Positions 7,609-14,440 of a stretch of DNA of 64,000 nt are shown piece by piece (position 1 is the first letter of the stretch; each line of letters begins with the position of its first letter). Under the pieces are notes generated by a model, which had not been told where the DNA came from, did not search any database, and was given only the letters and a program-made list of their open reading frames with translations. A program made the translations under genes and the position numbers. The DNA comes from a virus. The stretch lies in IMG/VR virus record IMGVR_UViG_3300009168_000004, positions 1-64,000 of that record; one strand, 5' to 3'.

Positions 7609-8619
7609 TCAGCGAGCTCCTCGGTTGAAGTGCACCGTCCGGGCGGCGAAGTAGGACTTCTCCGCGTCGTCGGCCTTGATAGCGTCCATCAGCTCATCCA
7701 GGTTGGCAGCCTGCTTCGGGCCCTCCTTCGAGGCTGCCGAAATCTTCAGGCAGAACCTGACCCAGTTGATGACCTTCTCCGCCTCGACCGTGCCCTGGTG
7801 GTGGCGGAACTCGATCGTGCCGTGCTGCCAGAAGGACTGCAGGTTGACCTTCCGATAGCGGTTGCCGTCCCGCATCGCCTGCACACCGTGCCGGCGGAAC
7901 GACTCTGAGCTGCCGTTCGTGTGGTAGGCTGCCGCAGCGACCTGGTCCACAGTCTGGGCGGCCATCAGCATCATCACGTTGAACCGGATCGGCTGGCAGA
8001 ACATGTTGGCCGTCCCCCGTCGGGAGGGGCTCATGAACCGATCGATCGTCGACTCAGCCGAGGAGTAGAGCTGGATGACGTTCTTGAAGAAGTCAGCCGA
8101 CTCGCCGCGGGCACCGATGTGGACGTGCAGACCGCACCGGACCGTGACCTTGCAGCCCATCGCCTTGAGGGCGTTGCAGACCGTGCGGACCTGCTGGAAC
8201 CCAGCCTCGCCCTGGAGGGGAGGGCTGACCGCCTCAGCGCCGCGGTCGTAGCCGACGGACTGGTCGGTCACGATCTTCCAGTGCCGGCGGAGGGAGTGGT
8301 TGTAGCCCTCTTCGTGGCACTCGACGCCAGCCTCGGTCACCTTCCGGGCGCAGGTCGCCAGGGTCATCCCGGCGGGGCGGACGAACTCCAGCTCGACGCC
8401 GAAGGTGAAGGCGGCCAGGTCGTAGCCGACCGGGGCCGTCGGGGACGTCAGGGCTGACGTCTGACCGAGCTGAGCCCGGAGCCAGTTCAGCCGCTCCCGA
8501 CGGTAAGCGATCGTCTCGAGGGGGCCGTTGAGGGTGCGAACGCGGCGGACGCCGCGGGCCTGTGCGAGGGGAACGAGGTCGTTCCATTCCGCTTGAAGCT
8601 GACGAAGAACCGAAACCAT
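7609..8619 (-). CDS. putative amidoligase (COOH-NH2 ligase, Amidoligase_2 family)
   Basis: TFGVELEF, WKIVTD.S, E.VSPPL, CGLHVHIG, RY.KVN and TIEFR.H.GT motifs. Confidence 0.88.
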   Translation of the reverse strand: MVSVLRQLQAEWNDLVPLAQARGVRRVRTLNGPLETIAYRRERLNWLRAQLGQTSALTSPTAPVGYDLAAFTFGVELEFVRPAGMTLATCARKVTEAGVECHEEGYNHSLRRHWKIVTDQSVGYDRGAEAVSPPLQGEAGFQQVRTVCNALKAMGCKVTVRCGLHVHIGARGESADFFKNVIQLYSSAESTIDRFMSPSRRGTANMFCQPIRFNVMMLMAAQTVDQVAAAAYHTNGSSESFRRHGVQAMRDGNRYRKVNLQSFWQHGTIEFRHHQGTVEAEKVINWVRFCLKISAASKEGPKQAANLDELMDAIKADDAEKSYFAARTVHFNRGAR

Positions 8620-8713
8620 GACGTTGTTTTCCTGTGCCGGGAAGATCTACTGGTAGTATCCCATCCAAGCCCTAGTGTAAACCTGGCGGGGGGCGAAGAA
8701 GTTCAGTGGAGGC

Positions 8714-8745
8714 ACCATACAAGAGAAAAGTTTGCAGAGTGTCAA
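8714..8745 (-). promoter_or_regulatory. early promoter-like element, class I
   Basis: TTGACA-ctctgcaaacttttctcttg(20)-TATGGT. Confidence 0.65.
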
Positions 8746-8772
8746 CGGGGGCCGAAGCCCCCGATTTTATTT

Positions 8773-9099
8773 TCAGGCCACCGGGTGGAAGACGGCGCAG
8801 TCAGAGTAGGCGCCCTTGATCTCGGTCCGGTACTGGTGGCCGTCGATCAGGACGACCTCGCCGTTGGTCAGGGCAGGCTCGACGTTCAGGCGGTCGATCT
8901 CGGCGCGGTCTGCATCGCTGTACGAGGACTTGATGCAGCCGGCGATCTGCATCGCCCAGTAGACGCCGTCGCCGACCTTCGCGTAGTCGCGGTAGAGGGC
9001 GGCGCGCATCGGCAGGTAGTCCTTGGCCCGACGGGGGTGGGCGACGTTGAAGGTGTTGACCTGGTCGAAGGAGCCGGTGGAGAGGGTGAGGGTGCGCAT
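8773..9099 (-). CDS. hypothetical early protein
   Basis: MRTLTLS start after ACAGGA RBS, behind repeat copy 1. Confidence 0.7.
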   Translation of the reverse strand: MRTLTLSTGSFDQVNTFNVAHPRRAKDYLPMRAALYRDYAKVGDGVYWAMQIAGCIKSSYSDADRAEIDRLNVEPALTNGEVVLIDGHQYRTEIKGAYSDCAVFHPVA

Positions 9100-9189
9100 C
9101 GGGGTTGTCCTGTGTCTGTGTTTCAGTGTCAGCACCATACTGCAAGAGTGTTTGCAGAGTGTTAACAGCAGAGACTTTGCAGAAAATAA

Positions 9190-9384
9190 TCAGGCCTCGT
9201 CTCCGTTTATTTTTTGCATGGCTGCCACGCCCTCCGCGACGGTCATCGTGCCCGCGCCGACCGCCTCCATGACGGATCGCATGTCCGGGTTCATCCTGGC
9301 GCGGTGGCGGGCCTCTGCCTCCGGGTCGTGGGGTCGCGGGTTCTGCTGGCTCCAGCGTCCCACCGTCTTGTTTGGCTTTGCCAT
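9190..9384 (-). CDS. hypothetical early protein
   Basis: MAKPNK start after AAAGGA, behind repeat copy 2. Confidence 0.65.
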   Translation of the reverse strand: MAKPNKTVGRWSQQNPRPHDPEAEARHRARMNPDMRSVMEAVGAGTMTVAEGVAAMQKINGDEA

Positions 9385-9544
9385 GTCCGTGTTCCTTTGT
9401 TTCAGTGTCAGCACCATACTGCAAGAGTGTTTGCAGAGTGTTAACAGCAGAGACTTTGCAGAAAAAGAAACCGTCGGACCTCTTGGCGGCGCCGCGTGGC
9501 TAGCGGCCTTGCCTAGGATTGCTCCCGGGTCCGACGGCAGGGCT

Positions 9545-9763
9545 TCAGACGCCGCGGGCGATCAGCTCGGCGTCGATCAGCATGGTCGAGAGGTGGTCCT
9601 CCATCTTGTCGACCCACTTGTCCGCGTAGCGGGCGGAGGCCGAGATCTCCAGGTGGTCGATGCAGAAGATGAACTTCTCGCCGGTGGCGAACCAGGCGCT
9701 CGCGTCGGCGATCGTCAGGACTTCCAGCTTCTTGGCGAGGTAGTTGGCGGTCGAGGTGGTCAT
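9545..9763 (-). CDS. hypothetical early protein
   Basis: MTTSTANY start after AAAGGA, behind repeat copy 3. Confidence 0.65.
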   Translation of the reverse strand: MTTSTANYLAKKLEVLTIADASAWFATGEKFIFCIDHLEISASARYADKWVDKMEDHLSTMLIDAELIARGV

Positions 9764-9842
9764 CTGCGTGTTCCTTTGTTTCAGTGTCAGCACCATACTG
9801 CAAGAGTGTTTGCAGAGTGTTAACAGCAGAGACTTTGCAGAG

Positions 9843-9871
9843 AAAAGATTGGGGGCTCCCGAAGGAGCCCC
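9843..9871 (-). terminator. probable intrinsic terminator
   Basis: GGGGCTCC-N-GGAGCCCC hairpin followed by TCTTTT on - strand, just after gene 9880..10248. Confidence 0.55.
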
Positions 9872-9879
9872 CGGCCGGA

Positions 9880-10248
9880 TCACATCGCCCAGTAAGCCTC
9901 TGACGACGGGCTGCAGTAGCCCGGAGTGTTGCTGGCTTCCTGGTAGGCCTGGCCCGACAGGAGGTTGGTGCGGGTGACCGTGCGGACGACCTTCGTCGCA
10001 TAGTGGTCGATCGAGCAGGCGCCGTAGGGGCCAGGGCCGACGCCGGCGGTCCGGTTGTCGCCGTGGGTGCAGCCGTACTTCACGATGTCGGCAGCGTCCT
10101 TAGCGATCGCCCGCTCGTTGAACTTCCGGCAGGTCGCCAGGGCAGCGCCCAGGGTCTTGTACTTCTTCGCTTCGTGGGTCGCCGGGTTGCCGAACTTGGT
10201 GGGGCCGACCTGCATCGTCGAGGAGATGTGGTAGATTACGTAGGTCAT
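9880..10248 (-). CDS. hypothetical early protein
   Basis: 122-aa ORF ending in CSPSSEAYWAM; ACAGGA RBS. Confidence 0.7.
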   Translation of the reverse strand: MTYVIYHISSTMQVGPTKFGNPATHEAKKYKTLGAALATCRKFNERAIAKDAADIVKYGCTHGDNRTAGVGPGPYGACSIDHYATKVVRTVTRTNLLSGQAYQEASNTPGYCSPSSEAYWAM

Positions 10249-10292
10249 CGGGGGTGTCCTGTTTGCCGGGGTTGGTCTGTTTCGGTATGGAC

Positions 10293-10324
10293 ACCATACA
10301 AGAGAACCTTCAACAGTCCATCAA
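10293..10324 (-). promoter_or_regulatory. early promoter-like element, class II
   Basis: TTGATG-gactgttgaaggttctcttg(20)-TATGGT. Confidence 0.6.
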
Positions 10325-10442
10325 CGCGGGAAAAAATCAAGAGGAAAGTTTGGGGGCCGGACGGCGTGGTCAAAAGTCCGTCAACGAGGTCCAGCAAACG
10401 CCATGAGGTGCAAGAGGTGCAAGAGGTGGCGTGAGGTGGCTC

Positions 10443-10778
10443 TCACGCCGCGCGTTCGATCCTGCACCTGCAGTGCTTCAGGACGTGGTGCATCTTGCCT
10501 GCGAACTTGTCGAGCATCTGGCGAACCGCAGTGCTGGACACCCCCAAGCGCCGCGCGACCTCGGCCTGCTTCAGCCCTTCGCACATCAGCAGGAAGGCGT
10601 GCTCTTTGCGGGCCATGTTGTACGCATCGACGCCGAGCGGCTGCTCCTGGTCGAGCACAAACCACGACGACTCGTCGTAGCACTGCCGCGGCTTCTCGCA
10701 CACCTCGCACCTGTTCCACCCGGCGAACAGGCCTCCGGGCCAGCGCTTCTTGGCGCGGCACGCTTCACAGTAGATCAT
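10443..10778 (-). CDS. Zn-finger plus sigma70 region-4/LuxR-like HTH protein
   Basis: CEAC...CEVC; EGLKQAEVARRLGVSSTAVRQ. Confidence 0.7.
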   Translation of the reverse strand: MIYCEACRAKKRWPGGLFAGWNRCEVCEKPRQCYDESSWFVLDQEQPLGVDAYNMARKEHAFLLMCEGLKQAEVARRLGVSSTAVRQMLDKFAGKMHHVLKHCRCRIERAA

Positions 10779-10958
10779 CGGGGGGCGTGAGGTTCAAGAG
10801 GTTCATGAGGTGCAAGAGGTGCTCATGTGTGGCTCTCATCCTGGGGAACAGCCGACCGGGGCTTTTCGAGAGGGGGCTTCGAAGGGGACGGCCCCGGTCG
10901 GTTTTACTCCCAGGCCAGTACTGACACGACTCAGCTGGGCTGGAGCAGCCAGTGTGGA

Positions 10959-11504
10959 TCAGCTCCCGGACGATGTAAACTCCTTCAGAAGCTTCACCTC
11001 GACGCCGGCCTCCCGGAACATGTCGCAGGCCAGCAGGGCCTTGCTCTGCCAGGGCTCGGCCTGCGGGATCTCCTCGCACACGACCCGTCGGACCCCGCAG
11101 GCGATGATGGACTTCGCGCACTCCTCGCAGGGGAAGAGCGTCGCCACCATCGTCGCCCCCTTCGTGTCGAACTTGGCGTTGTCGAGGGCGTTCCGCTCCG
11201 CGTGGATCGTGTAGAGGTACTTGGTCGCCCGGTGGTTCAGCCGGTCCTCCGTGTCCCTGAGCCCTGGCGGGAAGCCGTTGTAGCCGAGAACCAGGTCCCG
11301 ACGGTCGGCCCCGACCAGGACCGCGCCCACCTTGGTGCTCGGGTCCTTGCTGCACTGCTCCGCCCAGAAGTGGGCCAGCGCCATGTAGCGACGATCCCAC
11401 TTGTCCTGGTTCAGACGCGGCAGGCGGTAGTCCTCCTCGGGGCCTCCGAGCCCGCTGAGATCGATCTCATCGCCCATCGTGGTCACCGACGGGCTTCCCG
11501 GCAT
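10959..11504 (-). CDS. dCMP deaminase
   Basis: SKDPSTKVGAV, GYNGFP, HAERNA and PCEEC motifs; true start may be 11477. Confidence 0.92.
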   Translation of the reverse strand: MPGSPSVTTMGDEIDLSGLGGPEEDYRLPRLNQDKWDRRYMALAHFWAEQCSKDPSTKVGAVLVGADRRDLVLGYNGFPPGLRDTEDRLNHRATKYLYTIHAERNALDNAKFDTKGATMVATLFPCEECAKSIIACGVRRVVCEEIPQAEPWQSKALLACDMFREAGVEVKLLKEFTSSGS

Positions 11505-11928
11505 TCATCTCGTCGTACCACCACGCGATGCGGCGGTTCAGGATCGCCCGCTGGTCCGCGTCCGGGGGCTTCCACCCGGCGGGCTTCACCACGTCGAGCG
11601 AGTTCTTCCGCTTGGATCTGTCGTCGTCCCCGCCGGTCGCCCGCTCCTTCGCCATGTTCGCCCTCTGGACGGTGTCCCAGAGCTCGCCCCAGGGCAGCCC
11701 CATCATGTGCCCGGTGCCCAAGGCGACGTAGACGAGGTCGAGCAGCGCGTCCGCCGCCTTCTGAAGGCTGCCCTCCTCGACCGCCAGCTTGTACTCCAGC
11801 AGCTCCTCCATCATGAAGTCGAACCGGAACTTGCTGTCGCCCTCGCTGAGCAGCTTCGGCGGGCCGGCGTCCGACCGATCGAGCCCGAACTTCCTGTGGA
11901 AGGCGCCGACGTCTTCAAACATTCCCAT
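11467..11928 (-). CDS. MazG-like / PRA-PH nucleotide pyrophosphohydrolase
   Basis: EELLEY, ADALLDLVYV, ANMAK and KPAGWKPP motifs. Confidence 0.88.
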   Translation of the reverse strand: MGMFEDVGAFHRKFGLDRSDAGPPKLLSEGDSKFRFDFMMEELLEYKLAVEEGSLQKAADALLDLVYVALGTGHMMGLPWGELWDTVQRANMAKERATGGDDDRSKRKNSLDVVKPAGWKPPDADQRAILNRRIAWWYDEMNAGKPVGDHDGR

Positions 11929-12772
11929 TCTGCTTCTCCTGTGCCAGGTAGGTGTCCATGTCGTTCTTGAAGACGTGGAGCGAGGTCATGTGCATACTGT
12001 AGGTCCAGGGCACGATCTCGTTCCACACCTGCGGGTTCAGCCGGCGGCACTGCTCGATGACCCAGAGCAGGAGCCGGACGGCGAGGTAGCAATCGTCGTT
12101 GTAGTGCCGGATGAGGTCGCAGGACCTGAGCGGATACCAGATCATCGCCCGCTTGTCCCGGACCATGATCTGGTAGCCCAGGGTGCAGACCTTTCGGCCC
12201 CCGTCGGACAGCCCCGTGTCCTCCGGGAAGAACAGCGGGATGTAAGCCTGCCTTGTGTGGGGCTCCCGAGCCAGCAGGTCGATCAAATCCTGGAGGTCCC
12301 CGTAACCATGGGCGATCCCGTACTTGGGCCGGTTGTCCACCGCTGGCCATTTGCGAAGCCCGTACTCGCCGGCCGGCGGCTTGGGCAGGACCCCATCGTC
12401 GGTCCGACGGGCGAACTTCGGCCAGAGCCGTTCCATGTACGTGTGGTTGAAGCGTTCGGTTTTGAACTTCGCTGCCGACAGGCCCCACGGCCACTTCGCC
12501 CACTGGGTTCCAGGGTTCAGGGGCTCGCCCCCGACGCGCTCGAGGAAGTGGTCGTCGGCCCACGGCCGATTGCAGTTCGTGTCCTGTCGCCAGTGCTCCA
12601 AGCCTTCGCCCCCGTGCAGGGGCACGCTCACGTTCACGTCCTGGAGCTCGAACGTGTCCGTGTTGACCGGGACGCCCTGCCACCGCTCAGTCTTGACCGG
12701 CGGGGCCTTTCTCATCTCCGCCTTCAGCTTCTCCCTCAGCTCCGTGAACGTCTCCGCTTGCACCGCCAGCAT
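11915..12772 (-). CDS. thymidylate-synthase homologue, predicted dCMP (hydroxy)methylase type
   Basis: TRQA, catalytic VCTL, RSCDLIRHYNDD (Asp at the ThyA Asn177 position), SLHVF. Confidence 0.85.
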   Translation of the reverse strand: MLAVQAETFTELREKLKAEMRKAPPVKTERWQGVPVNTDTFELQDVNVSVPLHGGEGLEHWRQDTNCNRPWADDHFLERVGGEPLNPGTQWAKWPWGLSAAKFKTERFNHTYMERLWPKFARRTDDGVLPKPPAGEYGLRKWPAVDNRPKYGIAHGYGDLQDLIDLLAREPHTRQAYIPLFFPEDTGLSDGGRKVCTLGYQIMVRDKRAMIWYPLRSCDLIRHYNDDCYLAVRLLLWVIEQCRRLNPQVWNEIVPWTYSMHMTSLHVFKNDMDTYLAQEKQNGNV

Positions 12773-13034
12773 ACTTCTCCGCCTCCATCTTTGCCCTGGC
12801 CTCCGGCGTCATCGCGTGGACCAGGAAGTTGCATCCGTCCTTCTTGATGTCGGTCACCACGCCGCACTTATCACAGGACCCCGTCTCAAAGAAAGTGTTC
12901 GCCTCCGACATGGTCAACCGCTGACCGCAGCCGGCGCAGGAGAACTTCTGGTACACGTCCGCCCCTCGAGCGATCGCATCGTTGGCTGCGATCACGACTT
13001 CGTCGAACGGGTGGTTGAGCTTATTCGCTGACAC
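12687..13034 (-). CDS. zinc-ribbon protein
   Basis: GTG start after GGAG; CAGC...CDKC. Confidence 0.6.
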   Translation of the reverse strand: MSANKLNHPFDEVVIAANDAIARGADVYQKFSCAGCGQRLTMSEANTFFETGSCDKCGVVTDIKKDGCNFLVHAMTPEARAKMEAEKYAGGASGDVHGAEGEAEGGDEKGPAGQD

Positions 13035-14439
13035 TGGCTGGCTCCGTTGATTGGGGAACTCCCCGGGGAATTTTACGGGGAGTTCTGGGACTTCTTGTGC
13101 GAACGCGGGGAGCATCCTCAGTCCTGGCGGCGCGGGGCGGCGGGGCGATGGGCTTCATCCCGTACTTGTCCACCCGGACGGCGCACCGACGGGAGAGCCA
13201 GCAGGCCCCGCAGGCCTTCTTCTGGTCCGTGTAGCCCACGTTCTGACAGTACCAGGTCTTGGCCTCGTCCACGTGCTCGTTGGGCTGATTGACCCGCTCG
13301 CCCGTCGTCTCGAACGGCTCCTTCTTGATGTGCGCCATGATCTGCTTCGAGACGTACGTGCAGAACTGGATGGGCATGGCCTTGCCGGTCTGCCGGACCA
13401 TGTGCTGGTTCAGGTCGTGGCTCCACTCCCCGCGGTCGTTGAGGACGGTTCCGTAGAAGACGAAGTCGTCGGGGAAGCCCTGGATGCGGGCGCGCTCCCG
13501 GACGGTGTAGGGCTCGCCCCGGTGGAAGTGGACCGAGGCGTTGCCGCCGGTCAGGACGTGCGCCGGTCCGTCCCAGTGGCCCTTGAGGAACCCGATCCGC
13601 TTGACCATGGGGTTGTCGCCCCGCGCCGCCCGCTCCTTCTTCGACTCCTCGCTCGGGTGGTACTCCAGGGTGAAGCCGCCCTTCTTGTCGCGGAAGTACT
13701 CCTTCACCTCATCCCATGAGTTCTTCTTCCTGTACCTGCCGAGGTTCAGGGCGCGGAAGCAGTCCAGCGTCCCGTCGGCCGGATCGTGGTTTGGAAAGTT
13801 GCCGCGAGCCCTGGGCTCGGGCAGGTCGCCGATCACGTCCTTGACCTTCAGCGAGTGGACGGCCTCGCCGGGGATGAAGGTCCACTTCTCCTTCCGCAGC
13901 GCGCCCAGCATGAACATCCGGTCTCGCCCCTTCTGAACGTTGCCGTAGCCCCAGTTGCTGACCCACTCCGGGAAGAGGTCGTAGTCCGGCAGCAGCTCGT
14001 GATACTTCGCCATCGGGAACGCCATGAAGGACTTGGGCAGGTCGTCCATCACGAAGTACCGGGGCTTGAACTCCGCCACCAGCTCGCAGAAGAGCGGGAT
14101 GTCTGCGGGGTCGAACATCTTCTCGCGCTGGCCGGGGTTGGCTCCGGACAGGCGGCTGAAGTTGCCGCACTCCGGGTGGCCGAGGGCGATGTCCGCGTTG
14201 CTGAACCTCTGGAACTCCTCCTCGGTCATCGTCGGCCGGTCGTTCGGGAAGAGCGCACCGGGGTAGTTGACCTCGAAGGTGTTCTGCCCGTGGGCGTCCT
14301 TCTCGTGGTAGTACTTCCGCCACTCCACGTTGCCTTCGATCTTGAACCCGGCTGCTCGGGCTCCGATCAGCATCGATCCGATGCCGCAGGTTATGCCGAC
14401 GGCCCTGAGCTGGTCATCGGTCTTCGGTCGTCGAGCCAT
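13021..14439 (-). CDS. deviant DNA cytosine-C5 methyltransferase homologue
   Basis: motif I TCGIGS, IV HPECGNFS, VI DDL (normally ENV), VIII QKGRDR, IX RERARIQGFPDDF, X TGKAMP (normally GNAV/GNSV). Confidence 0.85.
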   Translation of the reverse strand: MARRPKTDDQLRAVGITCGIGSMLIGARAAGFKIEGNVEWRKYYHEKDAHGQNTFEVNYPGALFPNDRPTMTEEEFQRFSNADIALGHPECGNFSRLSGANPGQREKMFDPADIPLFCELVAEFKPRYFVMDDLPKSFMAFPMAKYHELLPDYDLFPEWVSNWGYGNVQKGRDRMFMLGALRKEKWTFIPGEAVHSLKVKDVIGDLPEPRARGNFPNHDPADGTLDCFRALNLGRYRKKNSWDEVKEYFRDKKGGFTLEYHPSEESKKERAARGDNPMVKRIGFLKGHWDGPAHVLTGGNASVHFHRGEPYTVRERARIQGFPDDFVFYGTVLNDRGEWSHDLNQHMVRQTGKAMPIQFCTYVSKQIMAHIKKEPFETTGERVNQPNEHVDEAKTWYCQNVGYTDQKKACGACWLSRRCAVRVDKYGMKPIAPPPRAARTEDAPRVRTRSPRTPRKIPRGVPQSTEPASVSE

Positions 14440-14440
14440 G

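Larger units (their letters stand above)
9119..9841 (-). repeat. three identical 65-bp promoter/leader repeats (starting 9119, 9398, 9777), each upstream of a different small gene
   Basis: tgtttcagtgtcagcaccatactgcaagagtgtttgcagagtgttaacagcagagactttgcaga x3; contains TTAACA-N20-TATGGT on - strand. Confidence 0.95.

Noticed and set aside
9119-9841. CRISPR or attC/integron interpretation of the 65-bp repeats
   Set aside because: Intervening sequences are whole genes of 200-300 bp, the repeats contain promoter and leader, and no integrase is present
13021-14439. Ordinary Dcm or restriction-modification methylase
   Set aside because: Motifs VI and X deviate at substrate- and cofactor-contacting residues and there is no cognate endonuclease; plain 5mC activity is not excluded, only less likely
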